Shown here one piece after another: positions 1 to 10,238 of a stretch of 64,000 bases of DNA. Below the pieces are notes generated by a model that made no database searches, was not told where the DNA came from, and saw nothing but the letters and a program-made list of their open reading frames with translations. The translations under genes were made by a program, and so were the position numbers. Source of the DNA: an uncultured archaeon. Its GTDB lineage: Archaea > Thermoproteota > EX4484-205 > JAAOZP01. The stretch is from assembly GCA_938045545.1 (NCBI GenBank), contig CALIBN010000012.1, forward strand, positions 1 to 64,000, given 5' to 3'. Positions within the stretch are counted from its first letter, which is position 1; each line of letters opens with the position of its first letter.

Positions 1-1
1 T

Positions 2-196
2 ACTGAGCCGGTTTCAATGGACACCCTCTATGATGCTTACTATAGGCCAAATTGGTATGAGGAGATTGAGGTTTCATTAACAACAAGCGTAGAGTATTCG
101 GGCGATATCGTAGGCTTCGTTTCTAAAGTTGTTGAAACTGCAGGAAAACTAGACGAGATGAAGAACAGGTTTGAACAGCTTCTCAGAGGTATGTGA
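2..196 (+). CDS. 3' end of hypothetical protein (truncated by window edge)
   Basis: Open frame from base 2 (TEPVSMDTLY...FEQLLRGM) ending in TGA at 194-196. Confidence 0.5.
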   Translation, partial: TEPVSMDTLYDAYYRPNWYEEIEVSLTTSVEYSGDIVGFVSKVVETAGKLDEMKNRFEQLLRGM

Positions 197-332
197 AAAA
201 TTTGATGACCAACGGAAACGCTGAGAAGATACTAGGAGCACGCATGCGCTTTAACGCACACTTCTCCATTTTTCCTAATCCGACTTAAAAATATCGGGAC
301 CTAGTTCATCAAAATACTTATTTATTCCATAA

Positions 333-716
333 AACGGATTAGGATACCCCGATGATCTTTATTGGAAGTTCATTGTTGCCGCGGAACTCGACACAATTCC
401 ACTTTTCATAGTTCACTGGCTAAACCCTGAACAAGTACCACTAATAAGAGAACTCGGCGGCGAATACATTATCTTTAAAGAAGCACTATACCCTAAAACG
501 TATGAACCGTTGGTTAAAGAATGTAGAGATATGCTCGGAATGCCTATTGTAGCCCTAGATGAAATCGACGATGACTACTTTAATCGCAAGGTAAATGATA
601 TACATCAGAGAACTAGACTCAGCTACCAAGATAAAAGAGACCGAATTAAAGAATTTCTATCTGCAGGAAAAACTGATCCTAGAGTAAGGAGAACCTTAGG
701 AGATAAAACAACATAG
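333..716 (+). pseudogene. gene remnant, hypothetical protein
   Basis: The frame of ORF 510-716 stays open upstream to a TAA at 330-332 with no good start. Codons lean towards A/C endings. Confidence 0.35.
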
Positions 717-968
717 CTGGCAAGACGATAGACGGTAAAAGATCTAGACGGTGCTTAATATTTTTGCCTTTTAAGGCGAAAAAGAACAAAAACAGGAAGA
801 TTATGTCTTAAACAGCCCGGAAAAATACCAATTTAAACCCATTAGCCGCAAGTTTGCTACATATTTAATTTGGTGAACACAGTGTCATAAGATTGTTTTT
901 ATCAGCTCCAGAGCGTACTCCAATTGCTCTTTGTCATTAATCCTAAATTCTTTAGCCACGCTATAGAT

Positions 969-1140
969 CCCGAAGGCTCTGTGCAAAGGAGACGATGCTG
1001 CTGAGCTTGATGTAAAGACGACATGCACCTTCAAACTAGATTTCAGAGATCCTGGAAGCCCGGAGGTCATTAAACTCATCCCATCATGGCTGTCCCAATG
1101 CCTCACAGTGTAATAAGGCGCGCGCTTAAAAGAATCATGA
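969..1140 (+). repeat. degenerate copy of the 3' part of ORF 4323-4817
   Basis: Aligns by eye with ~4625-4793 (gatgctg..gagcttgatgt.aagacgacatg...ccatcatggctg.cccaatgcctcac...ttaaaagaatcatg) and carries a premature stop. Confidence 0.85.
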
Positions 1141-1399
1141 TTGAAGACATGAAGGGATATTGAAGCCTATATAATCGTAGTAATTAAAGTAGATCTGGAA
1201 ACGGGCTTGTTGAATATAGAGAGAACCAAGGAGGTTTCAAAGGATTGAGTGAGGAGGAATTTTTGGAAAAGTTGAAAGAATATCTGACCAACCGTTATAA
1301 TAGAGAGGAGTTTGTAAAGGAACGAGGAACCTGCTGGTTCAGTATTGAGAGGAACCTTCAGCTAAAAATCTCTTGAGGAAACTAGCTTGAAATGGCGAA

Positions 1400-1859
1400 T
1401 AAGCGGTAATGGAACTTACCCCGAAATAGAAGAGGATTCCGAAATGAACCGCTTAACATCGTCAGTTATCCAAGAAGAAAGACTAACCTGATCAACCCTT
1501 AATGCAGCTACATTAGCCTTTTGGCTAGCACTTCTAATACCGCCATTCCAGACATCATCGAACTCTCAACTAAAAGGCATTATCAAAGACACGATTCCTT
1601 GAGTTTTCAAACTTCTTGACCGCGTTCTCCTTCTTATCTTCAGATTTCTTTGCTCTTAAAACTTCCAGTCTTTCTATCTGGTCTCTCAGCCATTCAACCT
1701 CGGCTTCCAACACAGCTACACGTTCTTTATAAAACCTTAATTGCTCTTCGTATTTAACCCTGTATAAAATACGAAAAAGTCATCATCCACGATAACATCT
1801 TTCGCTATTTCAGAAAATCGATCTAATAACTTGAATGAACTATCACCAGCTAATGACAT
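1400..1859 (-). pseudogene. coiled-coil plus TIR/nucleoside-deoxyribosyltransferase-like domain, frameshifted
   Basis: Joined frames read ...LIMPFS*EFDDVWNGGIRSASQKANVAALRVDQVSLSSWITDDVKRFISES, matching the IMPF..FDDVY..I..A......RADE pattern of defence-associated TIR/NDT-like domains. ATG at 1859; left end approximate. Confidence 0.55.
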
Positions 1860-2115
1860 AAAAATAATAAGCACCGAATATAAAGGTTAAGTCCCTTTGA
1901 GTTAATCCGTGGAGGTTAGCGCGCGTTAGAGAGATATTCAGCCCTGGAAGAGCAGAGCTATGCGGCCTAATAGCTTCAGACAGTACTATTTGTAAATATG
2001 AAAGGACGTATGAAGTTTCTTTAAAAACGAGGATAGTGCACTAGCAAGTTAAAATTGATGGTGTTAGCGCATTATTCTTAAATATTACGTAAGTGGTCTT
2101 ATTTTAGAGGGCATT

Positions 2116-3717
2116 ATGAAAGAGGAGCAACTCTCTGAGGAGGAATTACATGTGCTTGATATAATTACTAATCTGGCACCCTTATCGCAATATGAGCTAT
2201 CTGGATTCTGGATAACAAAGGATCGATCTTTCACACCGGATGCGTTAAAGGAGATTATAGATAAACTCCTACTATTAGGATTAATTTTAGTTGAGAAGGT
2301 CGGATATCAAACGAATATTTCGATGACTACCAATATGAGGGAAAAAGCCGTCCAGATACTAACTGAATTTTGGCAGCATAAGAATGTTAAGGATGAGATG
2401 CTCAGGACTATAGCTGAACAGAATTATGTTGGAGTGCTAAGATTCCTTGAACTAATATCATCGTATGCCGATAAGCCACGTGTTACATTCTCGGATTATT
2501 ACTTTGATTCCGAAGCGCATCATCTTTGCTTAGAGTTGTTAAGCAGTCGCATGGTGTTTAAGCACACATCGTCGAGTAGAAAACACTCTTATGAGGACTA
2601 TTATATCCGCAGGATTCCGATTGATGCGCAAGCATTTTTACAGACTTTTCTCTTGAGCAAACTTAATCCAGAAAGACTAGACCTTGAAAGCGATTGGAAA
2701 GTTTTAATAATTCCTCTATTTTCAGAAAAAAATGTAAAAATTTCAGATATCAGGCTTAACTTTCCAGCTTTGACGCAATATGAGATTGATGAGATTTTAG
2801 CCAGATTGGAGAAGAGGGGGATGATGGTAAAAGAGGGAGAGGAAATAAAGTTTCCTAAGGCCACTAAAGATATTATGAAACAATATTTTGCTGCAAAATG
2901 TTGGAGAGCATTTAAAGCTATGTTAATGCAAGATTTAAGAAGAAGAATAAGTGAAAGAAGCTCTAACTTGTTTTTCTTAGGACTAATAAAGAGATTGCTA
3001 ATTTCCGCGAAAGTTCAAAAACCGTTGGAACTGTTTTTTATTATCAGAAGAGATGAAGTGAAGAATGTTAACGAGGATGATCTTAAAGAAGCTGTTAAGC
3101 TTGGTGTTATTTTCCTAACGGAAAATGAAATTTTAATACCTCATGAAGTCCTTACTGATATAGAAGCTATACTCAGTTCTTCAATTTCAGATAAGGCCAT
3201 CATTAGAATACCTGCAGGTGACATATTTGCAGCGGTTAACAATTGGAGAAAAATCTTCAGTGAATGTAGGGACTATATTAAGATTCAGGACGAATGGGTG
3301 AATGAAGAAACTCTCCAAATAGTCCAGAGTTATTCGCCAATTGAAGTGGAGATCATAATTCTAACTGGTATAGAAAAAGCTAGAGACGTAGATATAGAGG
3401 AAATGAAACAAAGATTAGATGCGATAAGAAATTCGGGGAGAAAGATAGAATTGTTCTTCATTGGCTATGAATCGGGGAAAGCGCCTTTTCATTATAGGTA
3501 TATAATTGGTAAAGATGTTTGCTATTCTATCTCTACATCGATAAAGGATGTGGGAAAGTCTAAAGAAGCCGATTTCATACGCATTTCTAAAGAGGAAAAG
3601 GAGGGCCTTATAGAGCCAGCGTTTGACTACTGGATAGGTCTACCAAGGGAGAGGCTTAAGGAGAAGGGTATCAAGAGAATGAGTTTTGATCAATGGCTAG
3701 CATGTGCGCACTACTAG
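2116..3717 (+). CDS. 533 aa protein with C-terminal PLD-like domain, possibly defence-related
   Basis: C-terminal YIKIQDEWV...FHYRYII...YSISTSIKDVGK resembles the HDRFII..Y..G.S.KD.GK PLD-like motif. Low GC. Possible winged-helix segments upstream. Confidence 0.6.
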   Translation: MKEEQLSEEELHVLDIITNLAPLSQYELSGFWITKDRSFTPDALKEIIDKLLLLGLILVEKVGYQTNISMTTNMREKAVQILTEFWQHKNVKDEMLRTIAEQNYVGVLRFLELISSYADKPRVTFSDYYFDSEAHHLCLELLSSRMVFKHTSSSRKHSYEDYYIRRIPIDAQAFLQTFLLSKLNPERLDLESDWKVLIIPLFSEKNVKISDIRLNFPALTQYEIDEILARLEKRGMMVKEGEEIKFPKATKDIMKQYFAAKCWRAFKAMLMQDLRRRISERSSNLFFLGLIKRLLISAKVQKPLELFFIIRRDEVKNVNEDDLKEAVKLGVIFLTENEILIPHEVLTDIEAILSSSISDKAIIRIPAGDIFAAVNNWRKIFSECRDYIKIQDEWVNEETLQIVQSYSPIEVEIIILTGIEKARDVDIEEMKQRLDAIRNSGRKIELFFIGYESGKAPFHYRYIIGKDVCYSISTSIKDVGKSKEADFIRISKEEKEGLIEPAFDYWIGLPRERLKEKGIKRMSFDQWLACAHY

Positions 3718-3931
3718 GGAGATTTTCATCACCTTCGTTAATAATTCTTCCACAGTTTAGGGTCTTGACAATCGTTCTTATACGATTAAGATGGAAATAA
3801 AGGGCATCGCACGCTTAAAAAGCATGCTCCTGATGGTAACCCTCTTTATGTCATAAATCCTCAAAACATTGTTAGAGTGGTCGATGTTCCTAAAAAGCTG
3901 AAAGCTAAACTACCAGAAACTACTTCTAAAC

Positions 3932-4318
3932 TTGTATAGAGAGCGTGCGAAAGGCTACAAGCGAGTGAGTTTTGAAGTATCCTTAGAGGGGATAGAAGCG
4001 GAATTTTCTTCTGAAGAAGGAACATTGAGGATAATGTATGGAAGACGACCTATATTCATAAAGTTCAAGAACACGAAACATATGTACGAGTTCAAAAAGA
4101 CCCTTTCATACCTCGTTTACGAGATTCAACACCGTCCTAGGGAAGTCGTTCAATATAACATAGTTGTAAAGTTTAGCATAGACAAAGATGGAACGATATC
4201 CGTGCAGTGCCCACATTGCGGCGCCTCAGCCCCGCTACGCATTAAGGAGAGCGAAGTAACCTGTAAGTATTGCGGAAAACAGTATATTATTCCCAAGAAA
4301 CTCTTGGACTTAATCTGA
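3932..4318 (+). CDS. hypothetical protein with C-terminal zinc ribbon (possibly 5'-truncated)
   Basis: CPHCGA...CKYCG. Confidence 0.6.
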   Translation: MYRERAKGYKRVSFEVSLEGIEAEFSSEEGTLRIMYGRRPIFIKFKNTKHMYEFKKTLSYLVYEIQHRPREVVQYNIVVKFSIDKDGTISVQCPHCGASAPLRIKESEVTCKYCGKQYIIPKKLLDLI

Positions 4319-4322
4319 ACAC

Positions 4323-4817
4323 GTGCCAAGCCACATAATGTCAGGAGATTTAGGAATCCAAGGAGATGATGTGACAGATAAATCTGAAGGGAAAGAAGTA
4401 ATTAGGAGACCTCTAAGTAAGCCTAAGGAGTTGAGGATGAACTTGCTGAACTACTTTACTGACAGAAGGAACCTTAAAGACATAGGAGCCGTTAGCCCAT
4501 CGCTTGCTGAAACGTTGGAAAGACTGATAAACTATTTCGAGAGAAAGCGAATGGAAGGATTTGTGAACGTGGCTCTTCACCCAATTGGATACAGTGATTC
4601 ACCGCCGCTGATTTGGAGAATGAATCCTGAAGACAATGTGTGCGAGGAAGATGATGCTGTAGAGCTTGATGTTAAGACGACATGTGCTGTGAGACTGGAT
4701 TTCCGAGACCCCGGAAGCCCTGAGGTCGTTAAACTCGTTCCATCATGGCTGCCCCAATGCCTCACGGAGTATAAGGACGTTAAAAGAATCATGCTCGGAG
4801 GGTATAAACAAGACTGA
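4323..4817 (+). CDS. hypothetical protein
   Basis: 164 aa ORF; a diverged paralogous fragment lies at 969-1140. Confidence 0.6.
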   Translation: MPSHIMSGDLGIQGDDVTDKSEGKEVIRRPLSKPKELRMNLLNYFTDRRNLKDIGAVSPSLAETLERLINYFERKRMEGFVNVALHPIGYSDSPPLIWRMNPEDNVCEEDDAVELDVKTTCAVRLDFRDPGSPEVVKLVPSWLPQCLTEYKDVKRIMLGGYKQD

Positions 4818-5044
4818 GCCTCCTTATCTCAGGTATTTCACAGTAGAATGGCCGCCTAATACCGGTAGCCCTGAGAAGCGTATGCTAATCATAAGGTGTA
4901 CATACTGAGAGACTGCTCGAAATTAAAAAGGGGAGATAGCACTGAAGAGAAGCGCGCGTTATTTTTATATTCTTCTGTTAATCAGGAATATGTCTGGCAA
5001 TTGGCTACGTTAGATTTTTAAGCCTACAGGTCTAAACATTCCCA

Positions 5045-5407
5045 TTATGCTTGGGGAACGGATAAAAACGACCCTGGGGTGGGCTGGGGCTTCTGGGACA
5101 GTAAATGGCTCATTCTTCCTGTCATGTCAGCATAAAAATAGGGCTTTCCAAAGTCCAAATCAACATCCCATTCGGGTTTTGATAATAATCGTTTAATGGA
5201 GTATTTAGAAGCCGAGGTCATCACGCTGAAGGTAAATAAGTCGGTGTAAGCATGTTTATATGAACGTGCGACGATAATCCAATCCTTAGACTCCGTCTCC
5301 TTTTTAGCAAACCAGTCTCTGAATGATAAGAATGATAAAACGTCTAGCGTCTCAGGTTGTTCTTCAAAATCACGTACAACACTCGGGATTCTATTATTTT
5401 GACTCAT
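5045..5407 (-). pseudogene. N-terminal fragment of a hypothetical protein
   Basis: ATG start and protein-like first ~95 residues, then an apparent off-frame tail. Bounded by GCGC motifs at 4952 and 5430. Confidence 0.4.
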
Positions 5408-5591
5408 AATTATGCAAAATATGCCGGAACGCGCTTATTAACGTTTATGCTACAGCATTTCTTGATCCTAATTGCCGGCATTCCCTCTTTAAGATGCTAG
5501 ATTGCGTACTACGCAGGCTTCCATTTTATGTCTTCAGTCTTTAAATTTATAAAAAGGAAAAAGCGTTGAATATGGAGGCGATACATAAAGG

Positions 5592-7514
5592 ATGGATACA
5601 GCAGATTACAGTAAGAAGGCCGTGACAAAATCTATAGATATGATTTTCTCTTTCATAAATGTGTTGAAAATTGCTTCTGAAACCCATGAGTTTCGAAGAT
5701 GGCTTAAAAACTATCATAAGATAGAGAATGATGAAGATATCTTTGAGGGGTATAGGTTCTTTTTAATGATTTCTTTGAAGTGTCTTATTGAATCGATAGT
5801 TGATGACAGTGCATTAGAACTGGAAGAAGATGATGTCTTTTTTAGAGCAACAGCTGTTGGAATAGCATTAGAAGATATACCGAATACATGCGAAAAAATA
5901 ATTTTTATAAAAAACATTTGGAACCTAGCTAGGGGGATTCGGAAATCTAAAAACTGGGAGCAGCTTGAAGTCGACTTAAAAATCTTAGAGAAGCTATTTT
6001 TAGTATTTGATAGAATTCATGATAACATAATCCTCACAAGAAATATAAGTAAGGATGATGCCTTTCGAATAATTACAGAAGCTTACATTCATATTTTCTT
6101 AAATGATACGCAACGTATTTATCCACTCGGCAACATTTTATCATCAACCACTAAGAAATACCCGAAAAGATATTTAGATGCAAAAAATGTATTCAAAGGA
6201 TACGTATATTCTCTACAATATTTGTGGTTCATTTTATTAGGAGCAAATAGATTTGAAGAATCCTGCATAAAGAACTTACATAGAGCACCAGAAATCTATT
6301 CTGAAGAAATTGAAGACCAAGAACTTCGTAAGTTTTTTGCGGAATTCGAACAGATTTCCGAAAAGGGTTTAAAGAAAACAGGTAAAGAAAAACTATCACA
6401 AATAAAGGAATGGCTTGCCTTAGATAAATTCTTTTGGAAAATCGAAATGGAAATTATGGCACCAATAGAAAAAGAAATTAGAATGAAACTTACAATTGAT
6501 CCATTGCTATTACTTGAAAAAGTTGATAAATCCATTTATAGGGAACTTCTATCTAGGGATAATATAGAGGATCCTGAGTACCTACACAAAAATGACAAAA
6601 AATCGATCAAAAAACAACTTGACTACAATCTATTATGGTATGAGGTAAATACCCTCGATATCAAAGGAGTGACTATTTTTAGCGGCGTACCTGCCTTCAT
6701 TAACACTTTATTAGGCGCCATAGGATTAAAGGAATACTATGGTATTGACGAAAAAGTCTTAGTTAGAATTTTCAGGCACCCTACACCAGAAAGGGGAAAG
6801 TATGATTATAGTTTTGGTATAATTATAGGAGCCTATAGCGAAATTTCTGACTATTCTGGATGGTTGATATTCTTTAATTGTGCAACAGACTATTCTGGAT
6901 TTGGCGGCTCACTGTACAGGAGGACTGAACACTTCATAAGGAAATTTAGTGAAAAAGGATTAATAGAAGTAAAGGAATTTTTAATCGATAAAAACGTATT
7001 TAGAGAGTACCTAGCTGAAAGAGGTATATCCTCGGTTTATCAATTGAGTTTACCACTAATCAGGAATTATATAAGTAATTTTAAAGGGAGGTTCTTTGAG
7101 TATGTTTTTCATAAATGGATTAATGAAAGCGGCAAATACAATAGTACCAGGTGTGATTTTTATCTAGCTGGAGAAGAGATTGATTGTATTGGTATAACAG
7201 AAAACGAGATCGAAGTTTTTGAGTGTAAACTGGACTTACATATGAACGAAATTGATAAAACTATTGAACAGATAAGAAGGAAAACAGAAGTTATCAGGAA
7301 AGAAATGAAAAAGGATAATGTTAAACCAAATTTAGTGGTTTTTTACGATATACGTCCGAATTTGGAGTTAAAATTTAGAGGAGAAGGAATAAATGTTATA
7401 AAGAACTTCCGAGACAAGGTTAAAGATGACAGGATTTTTAATGGGGTAAGAAAAGAACTTTTAGAACTCTTGGACTACGGATTTATTAAAAACATTAGCA
7501 GATACAAAGCCTGA
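5592..7514 (+). CDS. 640 aa protein with C-terminal PD-(D/E)xK nuclease domain
   Basis: KGRFFEYVF...EEIDCIG...EVFECK motif; very low GC. Confidence 0.7.
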   Translation: MDTADYSKKAVTKSIDMIFSFINVLKIASETHEFRRWLKNYHKIENDEDIFEGYRFFLMISLKCLIESIVDDSALELEEDDVFFRATAVGIALEDIPNTCEKIIFIKNIWNLARGIRKSKNWEQLEVDLKILEKLFLVFDRIHDNIILTRNISKDDAFRIITEAYIHIFLNDTQRIYPLGNILSSTTKKYPKRYLDAKNVFKGYVYSLQYLWFILLGANRFEESCIKNLHRAPEIYSEEIEDQELRKFFAEFEQISEKGLKKTGKEKLSQIKEWLALDKFFWKIEMEIMAPIEKEIRMKLTIDPLLLLEKVDKSIYRELLSRDNIEDPEYLHKNDKKSIKKQLDYNLLWYEVNTLDIKGVTIFSGVPAFINTLLGAIGLKEYYGIDEKVLVRIFRHPTPERGKYDYSFGIIIGAYSEISDYSGWLIFFNCATDYSGFGGSLYRRTEHFIRKFSEKGLIEVKEFLIDKNVFREYLAERGISSVYQLSLPLIRNYISNFKGRFFEYVFHKWINESGKYNSTRCDFYLAGEEIDCIGITENEIEVFECKLDLHMNEIDKTIEQIRRKTEVIRKEMKKDNVKPNLVVFYDIRPNLELKFRGEGINVIKNFRDKVKDDRIFNGVRKELLELLDYGFIKNISRYKA

Positions 7515-7530
7515 GTCCTATTTTTCAAGA

Positions 7531-8106
7531 TTACCTAATCAATAATCCCTTCTGAATCAACTCGTTCATGAGTTTCTCAGCGGCATCATAAACCATCTTC
7601 TCGTTAACAGCACCAGTACATACAAGTTTCCCAGAAGCAAATAAAAGTATAACTACATCTGGATCATGCATTCTATATATAAGGCCCGGGAACTGCTCTG
7701 GTTCATACATTGTTCTTTCTAGTGTGGTGACTGCGTGTTCGAGGTCTATTTTTCCGGGTAGTGTTGCTGATGCTACGATGTTTTGTACGGTGATTTGTGG
7801 TTTTGTTTTTCCTATTATTTTTTTGTTTCTGAGTTCTCTTACGATTTTGTGTACTGCTTCGTGTGCTTGTTTTTCGCTTTTTGCTCCTGTTGACACCATT
7901 TTTCCTGAGCTGAAGATTAGTGTTGCGGTTTTTGGTTTTTCTAGTCTGAATACTAGGCCGGGGAATTGGTCTGGTTTGTATTCTACGTTTTCGAAGTTTC
8001 TGACTATCATGTTTAGGTCTATTCTTTGGTCTAGGATTACTGATGCTACTACGTTTTGGATTTCTACTATTGGTTTTTCCTCGGTTTTTTTGGTTTCCTC
8101 GGACAA
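7531..8106 (-). CDS. tbp: TATA-box binding protein
   Basis: Two TBP repeats (NVVAS...YKPDQFPGLVFR...LIFSSGKMVSTGAK and NIVAS...YEPEQFPGLIYR...LLFASGKLVCTGA); TTG start. Confidence 0.98.
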   Translation of the reverse strand: MSEETKKTEEKPIVEIQNVVASVILDQRIDLNMIVRNFENVEYKPDQFPGLVFRLEKPKTATLIFSSGKMVSTGAKSEKQAHEAVHKIVRELRNKKIIGKTKPQITVQNIVASATLPGKIDLEHAVTTLERTMYEPEQFPGLIYRMHDPDVVILLFASGKLVCTGAVNEKMVYDAAEKLMNELIQKGLLIR

Positions 8107-8490
8107 TGCTCTGTTTATAAAGGGGGTTTTGACTATTTAAATATTGGTTTAGGATGGTTTGTTGGTATGTTTTCGCCTTTTTAACGGGTTTTTCCGGGTT
8201 TTCTCGGGCTTTGTTTTTTCCTCGGCTTCATGGTGGTTGACGTGGGGAAATGCTTGCAAACTTTTTTCAAATTGATTCAGAAGTGTTTTTTGTTAGATTT
8301 TTAATTAATTAGTGTTGTCATTTCGGGTCTTGCGGGGTGGGTGGAATATTTGGGTTTTAAGGGTTTTAGAGTCTTGTTGGAAAGGGTTAGGCTGGGTTTA
8401 AGGATGGTTCTGGCTGGTGTTGTCTCCTGCTTCTGGGGCTTAGGCGTGAGGTCACGTTTTTAAGCCTTTATTTTTTCTGGAATTAAGAGT

Positions 8491-8892
8491 ATGGATGGAT
8501 ATGGGGAAATAACTGTTAGAGGCAGGGTTTCTAGTGGGGAAGGTAAGGGGGGCTTTTTCGTCAGCAGACCTTGGGTAATGAGACAGATTGTGGAGAAGCT
8601 TGGTTTCGAACCATATCCTGGGACGCTCAACATCAGACTGCCGCCGGAATACGTTTTCGCCAGAAGGAGGCTGGATAGTCATCGTGGAGTTAAAATAGTG
8701 CCTAATGAGGGCTTCTATCCCGGTAAGTGTTTTAAAGCAATAATAGCTGGAAGAATCGACGGGGCCATTGTGATTCCTGAAACTCCCCTTTATCCTGAAG
8801 ACTTGCTGGAAGTAATAGCTTCCTTCAATCTGCGTAAGGAACTGAAAACCAAGGATGGGGACGAGGTAGAGATTACGATACTACTTGAATAA
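8491..8892 (+). CDS. ribK: archaeal CTP-dependent riboflavin kinase
   Basis: GRVSSGEGKG, LGFEPYPGTLN, EVIASFNLRKEL..KDGD. Confidence 0.92.
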   Translation: MDGYGEITVRGRVSSGEGKGGFFVSRPWVMRQIVEKLGFEPYPGTLNIRLPPEYVFARRRLDSHRGVKIVPNEGFYPGKCFKAIIAGRIDGAIVIPETPLYPEDLLEVIASFNLRKELKTKDGDEVEITILLE

Positions 8893-9261
8893 AACGATTA
8901 CTGTTTGAAATATCTAGAGTAATTCTAAGCAATATGACGTTTATTACAGCTGTGGCTATGAAGATATGGCTGCTAGAACAACTGTAATGAATGCTTTTCA
9001 ACCATCCGAGTCTAGAAATGTTTTATTAATGCCAACCAAATTATGAAAGGAGTCGAAGTCTCAATCAAACCATGTAGGAAATATCCTAAAGCTACATCTA
9101 GAATATCCTTCCAAGGGCTGTCTCTTCGGTTTTAACTATTCCACAGTAGCGCGCCCTGGATCGTTGTTCTTGGAGTAATTCCGTGAATTCTAGCCAATTT
9201 GGATGTGTACATGTAAAATTTTAAATACTTCCATTAGCTTCTATTTTATTGGTGGAATGGT

Positions 9262-9471
9262 TTGCCGTTGGTTCAGGTTTCTGTTTGGGCTGGCATAAGC
9301 CTAGAAAGTAAACGGAGGATCGTTCAAGGAATTACTAAAGTGTTTGAGGATATAGGGGTCCCCAAAGAAGCTGTAGAAATAATCATCTACGAAGCGCCTA
9401 AAACGAATTGGGCAACAGGCGGACAACTTCATTCAGAATCAGAGAAGCTTGCAAAGACAAAAATACCATAA
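9262..9471 (+). CDS. 4-oxalocrotonate tautomerase family protein
   Basis: N-terminal catalytic Pro, 69 aa, KRRIVQGIT and NWATGG. Confidence 0.9.
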   Translation: MPLVQVSVWAGISLESKRRIVQGITKVFEDIGVPKEAVEIIIYEAPKTNWATGGQLHSESEKLAKTKIP

Positions 9472-9497
9472 CTACGCATAAAAACACGGTGCGCGCT

Positions 9498-9532
9498 ATT
9501 TCTACTATTGGTTTTTCTGCTTCTGCTTGCAT
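9498..9532 (-). pseudogene. orphan 5' fragment of a tbp allele (MQAEAEKPIVE)
   Basis: 20 bp identical to tbp 8060-8079; 34/35 identical to 11199-11233. Confidence 0.8.
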
Positions 9533-9567
9533 TTTGAAATAAGCTTATATACAGCCATTCTGTACAA

Positions 9568-9807
9568 ATGTGTAAACGATGGTTTTCTGAAGCGTTAAGC
9601 ATCAGGATAAGGAGGGATGTTAAGAGGAGGATGAGGGAGTTGAGGGATGTGGATTGGAGGAGGGAGATAGAGGGTTTCATTGAGATGAAGATAAGGGAGA
9701 GGGAGTTGTTGAAGGCTCTCGGTATGATCGATGCGGCCCTCTCCGGGGTTCAGGCCTCGAAGGAGGCTGCTTGGCAGACTGTCAGGGAGTTCAGGGAGAA
9801 GAGGTAG
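9568..9807 (+). CDS. RHH/VapB-type antitoxin
   Basis: SEALSIRIRRDVKRRM...VDWRREI; lies upstream of a PIN gene. Confidence 0.75.
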   Translation: MCKRWFSEALSIRIRRDVKRRMRELRDVDWRREIEGFIEMKIRERELLKALGMIDAALSGVQASKEAAWQTVREFREKR

Positions 9808-10238
9808 GGGTCTTGCAGGTTCTTGATTCGAGCATTTTCGCCAGCATAGTGGTGAAAGACGAGTATTATGATGAGGCTGTTAGTTTTATTAAGAAACACC
9901 TGAGGCGGGAGAATGCTACGCTTGAGCTGGCCTTCATAGAGACTGCTAATGTTTTGTGGAAGCATGTCTCCGTGTTTAAGAGGATGCCTGAAGACAGTTT
10001 TGAAACGTTGAAGAGCAGTATAAAGCCTTTGATGAACAACGCGGCGCAGTTTTACAGCAGCCTGGATGTTTTAGAGGATGCCCTGGATAATTCGGTTAAA
10101 TACGGGTTCTCCGTGTATGCTTCCCTGTATGCTACGCTGGCCTTGAGTTAAAAAATGTAGTTAATGAGCTTCGATGAAAGGCTGAAGAATATGCTTGTTG
10201 AAAGGGGCTTGGAAAGCGTTTTAGCGTCTGACGCGTGA
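9804..10238 (+). pseudogene. VapC PIN toxin, inactivated
   Basis: VLDSS..E..N motif present. The conserved YD is YA. In-frame TAA at 10149-10151 and a nearby TAG precede the LMSFDERL tail. Confidence 0.75.

Noticed and set aside
1900-5015. Integron attC sites (GTTAGC/GTTAGA and GCCTAAT near cassette ends)
   Set aside because: I could not build paired R''/L''/L'/R' hairpins, gene orientations are mixed, and there is no IntI in the window
7700-8480. Replication origin at the skew switch
   Set aside because: No cdc6/orc1 gene or ORB repeats, and similar skew patches recur elsewhere
10149-10160. Stop-codon recoding (Sec/Pyl) in vapC and other interrupted genes
   Set aside because: The stops are mixed TAA/TAG/TGA and come with frameshifts and lost catalytic residues, which fits decay
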